A stretch of DNA of 63,992 nucleotides, counting the filler, from Streblomastix strix (taxonomy: Eukaryota), in the NCBI GenBank assembly GCA_008636045.1. It is 4 parts of 4 records of this genome, joined end to end, with 100 filler letters (N's around TTAATTAATTAA, not from the genome) between each part and the next. Parts side by side here need not be neighbours in the genome. Positions count along the whole stretch, not along the records: positions 32,605 to 48,801 come from SNRW01000861.1; positions 48,902 to 63,992 come from SNRW01001035.1; 2 more parts are not named here. One strand, written 5' to 3'. The position numbers were made by a program, and so were the translations under genes. Under the pieces are notes generated by a model. The model was not told where the DNA came from. It saw only the letters and a list, made by a program, of their open reading frames with translations, and did not search any database. Shown here piece after piece: positions 38,955 through 52,049 of this stretch; the first letter of the stretch is position 1, and each line of letters opens with the position of its first letter.

Positions 38955-41177
38955 TCACCATTACACAACTTTCTCGTTCGGAAGAGTCTTTGCTGCTGGA
39001 ACTGCAAGCCTTTTTACTGATACAATTGAGAAGAAGGAATCTTTTTATAAGATGAAGAACTATATTAAAATAAATAATAAATAAATTTTTACAATTAAAA
39101 AGATATATTCAATATATTTAATTAAATTAAAATATATAATCAAACATAGAATTTCACAGCTTCTTTGATTCCTCTCACAAATATTGGCTGTTGAATTCCA
39201 TCTACAAAGAAATGTAGAGTTCCAACATCTGCATTGAGTTCCATTGCAATCAGTTGACCATCTGAGAAGCGGACATTTCCTGATGTTTCTGTTCCTTTGA
39301 ACCATGTATTTCCAGTACTTATTGAATGTTAATAATTAGAAAAAAAGATAAATAATTTATTATTTGATTGCAATTCATAAAATCATTTTTTAATCAAACT
39401 ATCCAGAAAAGAAAAGCATGTTCTTTTTATCTGAATAAATAATATATATGATAACAAATTAACAAAAATAATTAAAATATCAAATAAATAAGAATATTTC
39501 TTAAATATATAAAATTTAGATAAATATCATACGTGGTTCTAATCCAGGATTACATGGATAAGGAATCTTATGATCTGCTTTCACGATTCCAACAACTCCA
39601 TCTGAATATCTTCCATAATTGCATTTCTCAAACATGACTTCAATTCGATGGATTCCATCTTTTATTACTTTATTCAATGAAATTGAAAGAGGATCCTCTT
39701 TAAGAGCAACAGCTTTTCTAATCAGATTTTAAATTTTCTCTAATCTTACTCCTTATCCAGTTGGATCTGGATTCTCTAATTGTGATTTGATGTCTGAATA
39801 ATATATATATAATTTTAATAAAAAACAAATTTATAAACTAATTTATTAATAAATAAAATGATTAATACCTTCTATAATATCATTTAGATCAATAACTGGT
39901 TGATTCACTGATGTTGAATGAGATACAGATGAAGGAGCTTGAATTTGAATAAGTTGATTTATTTCTGTCAGAAGACGTTGAATATCAGCATCTTTAGTTT
40001 TAAGTTATTCTTATGCAATTGTTGCTCTTTCATCTGATGCACGAGTTTGTTCTTATTAAGCTTTCAATTGTTCTTCTGCTTATATCTTTTATTATTCATT
40101 AACATGAGCTCGTTCTTCAATAATCCTTATATATTCATCTTTTTATCTTAATTATTCATCTTTGAGTCTGTTTGATTCTTCCATTTATTGAATCTTTGAT
40201 TAATTTTCTTTTGATGGTTCGGATGAAGGAGAATTGATTCCATTTGTAATCAAAATACTCAAAATATTCACTGATTTCTTTTTAATGTTTTTCTCTCCAC
40301 TGGTTTTCATTTCATTCAACAAAGGAATAAGAATTGCAATAGGTTAAAGATCATCTGCTGTAGCTAAAAGTTTCAATATAATATCAAGAAGTCCAGAAAT
40401 CAAATAATTTGGAGTTGGATTTGATGTTTATGAGGAAGATGAAGACGATGATGGTTTACTTGTGAATGAGTGTTGAACTTTTAAGAGGAATCCATTTGTT
40501 AGAAGAGCATTTCGGATGATTTCATTTTCTTCAATCAATCCTTCCAAACAATTACTTGCTGCTTTCGATTGTTTTTCATCTGATGTCTGAATTGAAATAA
40601 AACAAAAAATATAAATTGAAATAAATTAAGAAAGAAAATTAATATACAAATATGTTCAGAATCATTGATTCGGTTACAGCTTCAGCAAGAATGGTTTTAT
40701 CATCTGTTGAATTTCGAACTCCAATAACATGAAGAATTGTTGTACTAAGAACCTGAATAATTAAAATTAAAAATTAAATTTAAAATAATAAATATTATTA
40801 AACAAACATATTCTTCATTTTTGACAATGTTTCCTGCAAATTTATTCAGTGTTGGATATAATTTGTATTTCAATGCTAAATCTTTGTTCTAATGATCTTA
40901 AAAAAAAAGAAAATTGAATAGGAATTAAAAAAATTAGTAAAATGAATTATATTAATATACTATCAAGTACAATCTCTAACAGTTGTCGGAGAGCAGGAAC
41001 AAATGCATTTGCAGTATCTGATTCTAAATCTTGAATCAAATGAGGAATAGCAATCTATAAAAAATAAATAGATTAAAAAATAAAATAAAAAAATAAAAAA
41101 AATCAAACAGCAACATCTGCAACAGATGATTGACCAAATATCGATGTTTAATCAGGGCGAAATGTTGTTTCATGCAT
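38955..41177 (-). CDS. ARM-like + coiled-coil + C-terminal SPRY/B30.2-like domain protein; multi-exon
   Basis: IAIPHLIQDLESD..ALRQLLEIV; E/Q/K-rich coil; DGIHRIEVMF..VVGIVKA..GNVRFSDGQLIAMELNADVGTLHFFVDGIQQPIFVRGI; ends VVQW-TGA. Confidence 0.75.
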
Positions 41178-41615
41178 CTGAGTATGATATAGAAAAAAAT
41201 TGTAAATTTCAAATAATAACAATTAGAGAGAAAATTGAGATGCAAAATTAAATATCATAAAAAATATTTGGATCTGAATAGATACACAAATAAATTTTGA
41301 TTAATTATTTTATATTTGTAGATAATAATAAATTAAAAATATTTAATTTAGATAAAACAAAAATAAAATAATATAGCGCAGATAAAATAAGTTTATTGAA
41401 GAATTATCGCAAAGTATCAGAAGTCAAATAAAAATTAATTATATTCTAGAATTAGTGACTCAACTTAAGATTATTTAAAATTATTAACTATATTTGCAAC
41501 TTGGTAGGATGTAAGTGTCAGAATAGATTGAAATTTTTCAAGGATAATCTTTAAACAATCAATGATTTTTGAATGTTAATAACATAAAAAATGTTAAATG
41601 TTTATAATATAAAAT

Positions 41616-42900
41616 TAGGGATGTCAACCCAACCACTCAGAGCCCGACCTACCCACCCAACTATGGAATGTTTTTTACGCCCAGCCTCCTAGGGCACTGC
41701 CAAATAATTTTAGGGTTATTAGGGCATTGACTTAAACTAACCATAATTTAAAAACTAAACATACAATTTATATAATTTTTTGTATATATATAGTATTATA
41801 TTGGTCTGACATTGAACATATTATAATATAAATGATGTGGCAGTGTGATATGAGATACAGACTATTTTTTAAATGTATGCACATTGAGCGTAATAGGAAA
41901 GGGGATTAAGCTTTGAATATGAGGAGATATTCTTCGCAATATAGCTAACATATATCGTTCAGCCATACACTTATTCTTAATAGAAAGTCGATACTGGAAT
42001 CTGAGTTTTTTTTTTGGATGATTGTATAGCATTTTTCTTCGGTATTAGTGTGAATCGAACATTCGTTATTACTCAATTTTCATTTCATTAAAAAATTAAA
42101 ATACAAAATGAGTTTAGAATTTAAATTTAAATTTATATACCTTAAGAATTTTTAGCATTTTCAATATCCAAGTAATAAAGTCACTCCAAATTTCATGTTA
42201 TTATTATAAATAAAAATTATATTAAGTTAAATAAAATCAAAGTAAATAAATAATTCATATTTGCATTATGTTCAAACAATCATTCAGCGCGAGAATTGCT
42301 TGATTTAAATATTGTTCAATTTAAGATACCATTTATCTAAGCCCATCTTTAATAACGTTCATAAGTTTATTATTTTAAAGAAATCAAACTACAAAGTGAA
42401 TATAAACCTAATTTATGCTGGTTAAAGTTGGTATATTGGAACAAGATCATGTTCCGTAAATCTTTAAAAATATCTATCAAATAAAACCAAATTATTACGT
42501 TTTAGTGTTTAATAGTTCAAAAATAAATAAACTTATAAAATAAATCCTTTTAAAAATGCTTAGCATATTGTATAAACGATGAAATCGCTGTTAGAACGAG
42601 AAACTTTGCTAACTCGTAATATCTCTAAATATTTGAGTATTTAATAATATAATTCACTATCATGATGAAAAAGTCACGTATATATGAAAACAAATTGATT
42701 GATTCATTCCAGATGTGAGTTTAGAGTCGAAAAAGAAAAGATATGTATTAATATTGGTTTGTTATGAATGTTTCAAGTGTTAAATTACAGGAAATATATA
42801 TTATGCAACGTAATTATTAAGATAAATCTTATATTGGATATGAAAATGATTTTATTGGCGAATGAAGCGTATTTATTGAATAACACTATAATATTTAACT
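41616..42900 (-). mobile_element. Possible hAT-family transposon relic
   Basis: TAGGGATG (Ac-like terminus) at 41616 with GC-rich CCC(A/G)ACC subterminal motifs. A degenerate minus-strand peptide near 42290-42360 (..QRWAQINGILN..) resembles the hAT TRWNS region. Confidence 0.3.
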
Positions 42901-43252
42901 TATTATCTTAAATTATATAAAATGTGCACTGAATTTTATTATTATAATATTTAGATTCCGAATAAGTGACAGTTTGTTTGGCTAAACTACTTATAAATTT
43001 TTATTGCGAAAAATTCCAGTTTTCAAACAGGACCTTTTCAATAATCTTTGAATCGTTAATATTTGTAGAAATAAATATTTCAAACCAATTTGATCTAAAC
43101 TCCCAATGCCGCGTTCGGAAATAGGCAAGTGTGCGTATTTGACTTTGTATACATCCAATCAAAAAAAACGACACAAAATAAAAAAAATAAAATAAAATAT
43201 CAAATTTTTTTTGTTGATTCAAATATGAATAATAATAAATTAGATTCTTTTT

Positions 43253-43286
<34 letters not shown>

Positions 43287-43639
43287 ATTTAAATAATAAA
43301 TATTTTTTTTTCAAAAAAAATATTTTTCCTTAAAATTTGAAAGGGTCATTATGGGTAAACTGTTTTTCAAGCCCAGTTAATTGTATTTTAGACAATATTT
43401 AATATAATTTTTGTAGTAGTATCATTTTCATATTTCTAACTTAATCAATTTATGTATTATTTTCTTACAAGCGGGTAATTCCTGTTACAATCCAAATTTG
43501 GCTTAAAAATAACAACCCCAACTGACCCTACCCAGTCTGGGTCATTCTAAAAAAGAGTATTAGCCACTGTTCTTCTACAAAATTAATTTTAATCAATTTT
43601 ATAAATACATATTTTTGTAAAATATGGATTCAAATAAGT

Positions 43640-46030
43640 CTTTATTTTCACTTTGGGTAAAAGAAAGCACTTAGCTGGAATGCTCTCGTCAAAGAAGCTG
43701 TTTTATTAATGTTGCTCTTTTTTTTATTATTCCGGCTTTCACCATTTTTTCACGAATTTTCTTATTCCATTACTCTGCTTGAAAGTTTTATCAGGTTCCA
43801 TTTTTTTCATTCTTATCCTTTTTTATTTTATGTCACCTCTTTCATCAATGTCTTAAATCATCATGCGGGATACAAATCTTCCTTAGGCATCATATTCAAT
43901 GCAAGTTTCACACTCTCAACTAGTTTCTTCTTTATAAAGGTTTCTATGATAATTGTTTGATGAATTTTATTTTATAACATAATTTTTGATCTTAATGTTT
44001 CTACCAACCGCAGGTTGGTGTAAGTAATCACGAGAATTATTGAAATAGACTTGTATTCAACAATATTTGTTTCACTTCTTTCGATGAATCTTTTTTTAAT
44101 TATATTTCAAATAGATTTTCAAATCTCATACTTATTTTTCTTCTTTTACACATCCAGTTTTTTCACCGATTGTTTTTATGAATTATATATAACTCTTTAT
44201 TCATTCTCTACAATCAATAATTTTGCGTTTTAATTCTTCCAGTATATATATGATAAAACAATGGCTAAATGATTGAATTTTATAGCCCTATTTTTATTCT
44301 ATTATTTCGGTCTACAGCTCCTCATGAATGATTTTACCGAATTTATATTTCTCATGAGATGTTCTATTAAATATTATTTTTATTTTCTTACATTATAATA
44401 GTTTTTGACTCGTGTCACATATCCGTTTTGCTGATATTCTTTTCGTATCAACATTTTCAGCCTAAATATTTCTCCATTCTTTTCGATAATGAATCAGACA
44501 TCCTCCAATTTTCTACTTGTTTGCCATTCCTTACAGAATTAAAGAAAGACTACATGAATCTGGCTTTTAGACCAGTTCCAGATTATATATTCTTTTTTAT
44601 TTCTAAGAATTCGTTAAGAATATGTTGTTCTTATAACTTTCTGGGTCTCTTTTTTATCATGAACTTTTGATATAGAAACCTGATTCTAGTTCTGAATCTA
44701 ATACCAACTTATTCTTGTTATTTTTAAATAAGGTTCTCCTTTCGAACTTCCATTCTATCTATTAGTTAAGATTCTTATATTATCTTTGATTATGGAGTTG
44801 CTGACCTGATTCTCGTTTTTGGAACAATTCCTGGTTATTTTCCACTTTTTATATAGCTTAATTCTATTATAAATTTTATATTAATTTACTTTCAGGATAC
44901 TTAGGTTATTATTAAAATTTTTGAGGAAGATATATTCTTTGCTTTATTGTGAATGTTTGATTTATCTATAGTAGTTGCAGTATTTTTCGCTTTTACAGTA
45001 TATTTTCTATATTATTATTATTAATTTGCAGGTTTTATTCTTTCAAGACGGTTTGATTTTCGGTTTGTTGAGCTAATATTAAAGTTTATTTTTCCATATT
45101 CAATTATTACGTGAATTAATTTTAAATTAGATTATGATTCCAATTCTTATTTTTAGATATTGAGTTTATTTATCACTCCAACTAATCCTCTTTATCATTT
45201 GACATGGTTTCAGATTCTGTATATTATACATTATCTTAATTTTCATTGTTAGATTCTTTTCTGATGTATCTCAATTGTCATAACTCTTATAATATTTCTT
45301 ATTCTAAAAGTTCTTTTTGAGTGGTGGAATTGCAGATTCAACCTGTTCAGCTTTGGATGCTGGCTTTTCGAAGTGTATAGTTCTTGCTTCTTTCATTGTC
45401 TTTAGAACGTCCTTAGAAACGACTTCATTGGGTCCAACTTTGCCAGCTGCGATTGCTTTCCCGCGTTCAAATGAGTTCAAGATGTTCCGTAATGTCTGAT
45501 TCGATGTTGCGGTAATTGTTGCATCAACATAGGATTGTTAGGCAAGCTTGAAAGCAGACTTATTGGCAGAAATAGTAAACAATACGTTCAAAGCAACTCC
45601 TTGAGGTGCAATAGAAGCATTCGTCGCAGTCAAAATTTCATCTTTTGTTTCTCTGAAACTCATCTTTTTGATTGAATCTCATATGTTCTATAATTCTTTC
45701 ATTTTCCATTAAGATTTTGCAGACACTATATCATTATCATAAGCGTTCCATCTTAACTGGTTGAACTACTTCTTTTTGGATTCATCAGATCTTACATAGA
45801 TTCATTAAATATTTCTCCAATCTATTTTTCACCCTCCTTTTATTCCAATATTTATAAAAAATTTTTTTTGATATCTTAGAAAAATAGGTCCAGACGTCTT
45901 TCTTTCTTATCTTGTGTTTTTTTTTTATTTTATATTCCAATGTATTTCCGACCTAATACCTCCACTATCTTCAGTTGTGCTTGAGTTAGATGTTTCATCA
46001 GATGAATCTTATTCTTTTGCAAAAAGTGAA
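43640..46030 (-). mobile_element. Highly decayed DIRS-like retrotransposon (gag-like ORF + RT remnants)
   Basis: Gag-like ORF at ~45960-45300, then KIGGCLIHYRKEWRNI (~44465-44512, the DIRS IGGRL..W motif) and RKIIDCRE (~44205-44230). Internally deleted. Confidence 0.6.
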
Positions 46031-47982
46031 GTTCTTGATGAATATGGAAGTTTAAAGTTAATATATTAATTTAAATAATTCAAATTTCTATAAAATTTTT
46101 GATATTAATTAATGAAAAAGAAAAAAAAAATAAACATAAATTAATTTTAGTAGTTTGAATAAAAATTGCACGATTGATATTTATTTTTCCTCAAAATTTA
46201 ATTAGTTCAGATAAAATAATTAATATAAAAAGTAAATTATAATTGAAAAAGGGTAAAACTTATTTATTGAAATGAATCATTTTAATTTTTCTACTTTTGT
46301 TAATTTATTTAATTAAATTATTTTATTTCTTTAATTAAAAATCAAAAAGAACATATTTTCAAACTTTTACCAAAAAAATTATTAAATTTACATTTTGACT
46401 AAATAACTTTAAAATTATATTAATATACTAAATACAAATTTTTCTTAATGTTTCAGACTAAATCCTAGCTAGATATCGCCCTGGAAAATCAACATCTTTA
46501 ATGTATTTTTCCAATTTATAACTAAACCGAAGATGTATATTATTTCATCAAGTAAAAAAAGTTCACGAAGCCAACGAAATTAGAATATTGAAAAGAGAAA
46601 AATCTACAAAAATGATGAGACAAGCGAGAAAATCTAACAATTTATCTCCTAAACTCCAACAAGTGGTGATTCATCAAGTGATAGAAAGATCTTAATCAAA
46701 AACAAGACAATCCCAAAAGAAAAGATAATCCCAACAGAGTTTTTTTATCTGAAACATAACGTACTGATGCATTGTTCTTTTCAGATGATATACTTACAAA
46801 ACCTCTCTTAATGTTATTTTTAAATCAAACTTCTTTAATTAACTTCTTAATGACATTATTTTAAACCTTTTCAATTATCAATAATGAATCTTAGATAGAC
46901 TTATTCTGAATAAACTTCTAAAATTCCCAAGTGTTGACGAACTCAAATATAAAATTAGAAAATAGGAATTAGTATATATATAAGAATCAAGATCAAAAAT
47001 TTGAATGACTTTTTCAAACGGTTCTAATACTAATTATGATGATGAAGAGTCTTCAAATTAAAAGACAATATATATACCAGAAAAGCTATAATAATCATAA
47101 AATCCATCCTGATCTTCAAAATAATAAATATTGCAATCAAAATAAAGATAAAGATATAAAACCAAAATGAAAATTAAACAATAAAACAATAAGCATGAGA
47201 AAATATAAAATTTAACAAAGATTTTTTTTAATATTTATAATATATTTTTCTAAACTCTCGTTGTTTATCGTTTTAGAGTTTTGAAAATAGTTATTTTTAA
47301 TTAATTCATTTAAATAATTATTATCTTCAGAATTTTAACTATTATATTATATTTTAAATTCTAATTGTATAGTTATACAAAAATGAAAATAATTCTAATA
47401 AAACTCATAAATACTCGAAATTCTAATTAAAATATTCATAATTTTGTATCTTTAATTTAACTTACTATTTTTTATCTATGTGTTTGAATTATTTTTTAAG
47501 CTATTTTTTATCAAATACTATAATTTATTAAAATCTAAAAATAATTAATTAAAATCGTGTTTTTCAAAGAATTTTGATTTGTATTTCATTAAAATTTGTA
47601 CTTCAATTACATTTTAACACTATATTAAAATATTTATTACTTAAACTACTATCGATTTTCACTTTTTAAACTATGCAATTATTTTTTTCTCAAAAATTAG
47701 TTTATTTTCAACTTTTATCACTATATTTTTGAAATAAATTTTCATATTCAATAGTAGTATTGATATGTTTTATTGTTTTATTACTAAATTAATTTCCAAT
47801 TATAAATTAAATTAGTTTATATATCATTTCATTTAGATTTTTTTAAATTTTATCTATATAATCTGTCTTCTAAAATTATTTATGTTATGCACATATATTT
47901 ATATACATACAAACATCTTATTAATTTTATAATGTTAAATTTTATTTTTATTATTAGATTTATTTATATACTCTGAAAAATA

Positions 47983-48801
47983 ATGGCACAACGAAGATTA
48001 CGTAAAAGCAAATCTACTTCTGAATAAGATGAGCAGGAAGAACAAGAACCTGTTTGTTTATAAATATTTAATTATTAATATAGTTATAAAATTATTGAAT
48101 TTTAAAATTTATTTGATATAAATATACATAATTTGAATTATTATACAGATATATGAAGAATAAGAAGAATCAAGATATGTGAATGGAGTTGTAAAATTCA
48201 GCAACATTTCTGTTCGCAATCTTAAGAAGATGGATGCATTTGGAAAATCTGATCCATTTGTTGTTTTTCGAGCTGGTGATGAAGAGTAGAAAACTACAAC
48301 TGCCAAAAACACACTTGATTACGATTATACGAATGAAGAATATGATCTGATTTATAATCCACTGAAGATGCAAGGTAAGAAAGAAGTTGAAGTTGAAGTT
48401 TGGGATTATGATAGTGTAGGAAGCAATGATTTGATTGGAACAGTCAGTGTAGATGTTTGTCTTAACCTGTTTATTTTATTGATTTGTTATCATTATAATA
48501 TATAAATTTAATAATAACAATTTTAATTTATATTTTAATATATATTAGATTTTTCCAGCAATGAATAATCAAGTATAATATGAACTTTTTTTGTAACCAA
48601 AGAGTGAAGATTAATCAAATATATCCTAATAGAATATTGATTAAAAACTTGGAAAAATAATATTCAAAATGAAGTATATTCCTGAAGATGATTATTTGAA
48701 GAAAATTAAAGATGAAGAAATGAAAAAGAAGAAAATATAAGATGATCTTCTTAAATAGATTGAAGATCAATAAAAAAGATAAATAGAAAACTTGAAATAA
48801 A
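47983..48801 (+). CDS. C2-domain protein, partial (3'-truncated)
   Basis: RNLKKMDAFGKSDPFVVF..VEVWDYDSVGSNDLIG with the five Ca2+-binding Asp residues; two GT-AG introns; a coiled-coil region follows. Confidence 0.92.
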
Positions 48802-48901
48802 NNNNNNNNNNNNNNNNNNNNNNNNNNNNNNNNNNNNNNNNNNNNTTAATTAATTAANNNNNNNNNNNNNNNNNNNNNNNNNNNNNNNNNNNNNNNNNNN
48901 N
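48802..48901. other. Artificial contig linker
   Basis: 44 N + TTAATTAATTAA + 44 N. Confidence 0.98.
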
Positions 48902-49791
48902 TTCACATTAATATTGGAACAGTTAGCATTTAAGTTTTAATTTGTGTTAAATTCTCGATTTTAGTGATTCTGTGAAGTCTCCATATTTCTATATGTAAAA
49001 TGAGGGAATAAATCATTTATATAGTTATTTATATATTTTGTTATACTATATATTGTAAGTCTTGAAGCAATCAATGATGCACAGAGAGAAGAATCGTGCG
49101 TTTTGTAAGAATTAATTTTTATCTCGATAGAACTATTGTTAACCTTTTAATTGTGAATCATAAGTCCTGTATTTTTGTGAGTAATTACAAATTCAAGCAA
49201 AATTAGTATCAAAATGCTGATGTGTAAAAGATGTGGCGAGATACGCGGCTTGTAAATTTGTGCAAGCAATTTATCTGTAGAATAAAAATAAAGAATAGTG
49301 AATTGAGAAACAAAACAATGAAATTATTGATTACTAACTAATGAGTAGGTTCATTTCTAAATTAAGCAATTAGTTATCGAGTAAATTTAGAAGCATATTT
49401 AATTCTGATATCTATCTTTACAGGAATAGCTTATCTTTACACAAAATTAGGTTAATTCTTCTAAATTGATTTGATTGAAGTGCTTTACGTGTTTAATATA
49501 AATCGTTGTTGGAAAGAAATAAAGAACCATATATATTTAACTTTTTTCAATAATCCATTCTAAAATTTTATTCTTAACTTTAAAGTGCAAATGATTAAAG
49601 ATTTGTTAGGAAATAGAAAGACAGAATGGCAGAATAGACTGGGAAAGAGTGGGACGGTGATGTGATAAGGCAAAATAGAATGGGGAAAATTGGAAAGAGA
49701 CTATAAATAAAATTAAAAATGAACTAATAAAATAAAAATCATCTCAAAAAATTTGTTCATCAGAGAAAATATCTTCAAATTTCTTGCGCCG

Positions 49792-51429
49792 TCACCATAA
49801 CATCAGTAATGGAAGAATTACTGTTGCAGTGATTAAGATCAGTGAAATACGTATTGTTCCTGCTGCTTCACATGGATCATCAATATCACATGCATCTCGT
49901 GGATCTCCGCTAGCTAAGCATGGACAATCTGACGTTAATGTCGTAGAAGTTGGTCTTGCACAGTCGGGTTTTGGCTCACAACCAACACGAGGATCATCTT
50001 CAGCAAGACATGGGCAGACATCTTTTGATATACCAGTTGTAGGATGAGCGCAATCTGGTTTTGTCTCACATTCACTTCGAGGATCACTGTCGCGACATGT
50101 GCATTGACCAATTGGAATTCCTACTAACTATTCCGTCTCTTCTGGACAGGTACAATCATCTGGATGGTATTATGATGCGCAAATGCATCCCTATGTTGGT
50201 AATGTACCACTTGTACATGATGCAAAAGGGCACAATTCTCTCTAATCACCCAAAATGCATTTGCACTAACCTCTGTCTATACCAACAAGATCTTCTGCAT
50301 ATTCTGAGCACCAGCATCCATTAGGATGGAATGCCTATGAGCATATACATCCCTAAGCAGGGATGGAATCACTTGTGCATGCAACTGGTGCGCATTCACC
50401 TCTCAGATCGTTTGCTATGCAACCACATCTACTCTTTGGAATATAGCGTAAACCTTATGCAGAATTTGGGCATATGCACTTCTCTGGACTGTATGACTAT
50501 GTGCATTAGCATCCAAACCGATAACTTTCAGTGCTTGTGCAAGATGCTGGTGGCTCAACATAAACTCTTATACCATAAATCATTGGCCATGTTGAATAAA
50601 CTTCAGAAAGCATTTGCAAATTATTCGCTCCTTCCCGATACAAAGATTTGTATGAAACTAATCCTGAGTCTGGATCGGTTTCCCACCCATAATAAATCTT
50701 AAATAAGTTTTCCTATAAGTTCGATGCCCAAACAGTTCCAAATCTTACAATCATCTTCCTAAGTTAAGTCTCAGTAAACCCTGATTCTTTTTCAGCAGTG
50801 TACATCTTTAACTTTGATCCATATGAGTACATAGCATCACTATTTGCGCATGTAGCTTTGCATGAATCGCCGTAATTACCAGTTCCATAGCAACTTAATG
50901 GTGTAACTCCTACTATTCTCTACTATCCATTGTAGATCTAATAACATCCTCTATCCATTTGACGTGTTTCACCATTTGGATTCAATGCAGAGTAAATCTT
51001 TTCATATGTAGGAAGACAGTTAAAGTAATGAAGAGCGCTTGGTTAAATGTCTTCTCCGTAATATACAAGAGTATTTGCAGCTTCCATCTCCCAATATCTT
51101 TTATTATAGTAATCATAAACATTACGGCACGAACTCTGGTATTAATTATAATTGTAAGATTCGTATACTGCGAAGTTGGAAGCTTGTGTAAATGTGTCAG
51201 GAATGACAGAAAAGTTTTCTGTTTGCCAACTTCCACCCCATGGATTCACTCCATCATCCGTATCAACATCAATAAATCCTTCATTTATTCTTAAATCTCT
51301 GGTTACATAAGTACCTTCCATATACCAATTTGGAAAGCGATACATATCAGCATTTAGCATTATCAGAAGAGAAACAATAATAAAAAACCTGTTTAATATA
51401 AAATAGAGAAAGTGAAGAATTATGATCAT
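49792..51429 (-). CDS. Surface protein: signal peptide, degenerate papain-like domain, Cys-rich repeats, GPI-like tail (545 aa)
   Basis: Single-exon reading: IPDTF, QYQSSCRNVY, PSALHYFNC, RGC, CKATCANSD, MIVRFGTVW, KIYYGWE; then HP..CxC and CPC..DPR repeats; ends AGTIRISLILITATVILPLLMLW-TGA. Confidence 0.85.
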
Positions 51430-52049
51430 GGTATAAGGAAAATAAAAACATTGATAAGATTAGTTTTTAATAAAAATTAAGAGTTTGCTCAATTTCTCCT
51501 CAATCAAAAGCTATTGTGAGCAATTTAATTTGATATTTCCTTTTTCATAGTTTTTTCATCTAAATTATTTATGTTAATCATACATTAGTCCCTGTATAAG
51601 CGAGTTGCAAGCTTTCTGATCAGGCCCACAGATGGGTAAAATTTTTGATCCCCTATCATTAGTTTCTTTAATTTAAAACCTATATATTTCATTACCTACA
51701 GTATCTTAGCAATTTGTGCAGTACTTATACGTTATTTACCAATTTGTCTTATTTTCCACTTTTTCATATGAGCTTCCCATTAAAATTCACTTTCATGCTC
51801 TGATTTGTTTCGTTACTTATTTGATTATACTAACCTATTTATTAATATATCTGAAACCGAATATTCTTCACTCTTAATTACAAATTTTATGTTTAGATTT
51901 TAAAAATTTTTTACTAAATTATCATTATTTTTCAACTCTGATTTTATTAAGCTGTTTTTCATTTTATAGTCGGAATTCTATTAGAATTAAAATTTGTGAT
52001 ATTCAGCGTCTTATTCTGGAATAGTTGTTTATCCTTCATTTCTTTGTGG

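Noticed and set aside
46448..47160. ATG-initiated low-complexity ORF remnant
   Set aside because: It is frameshifted with no recognisable domain.
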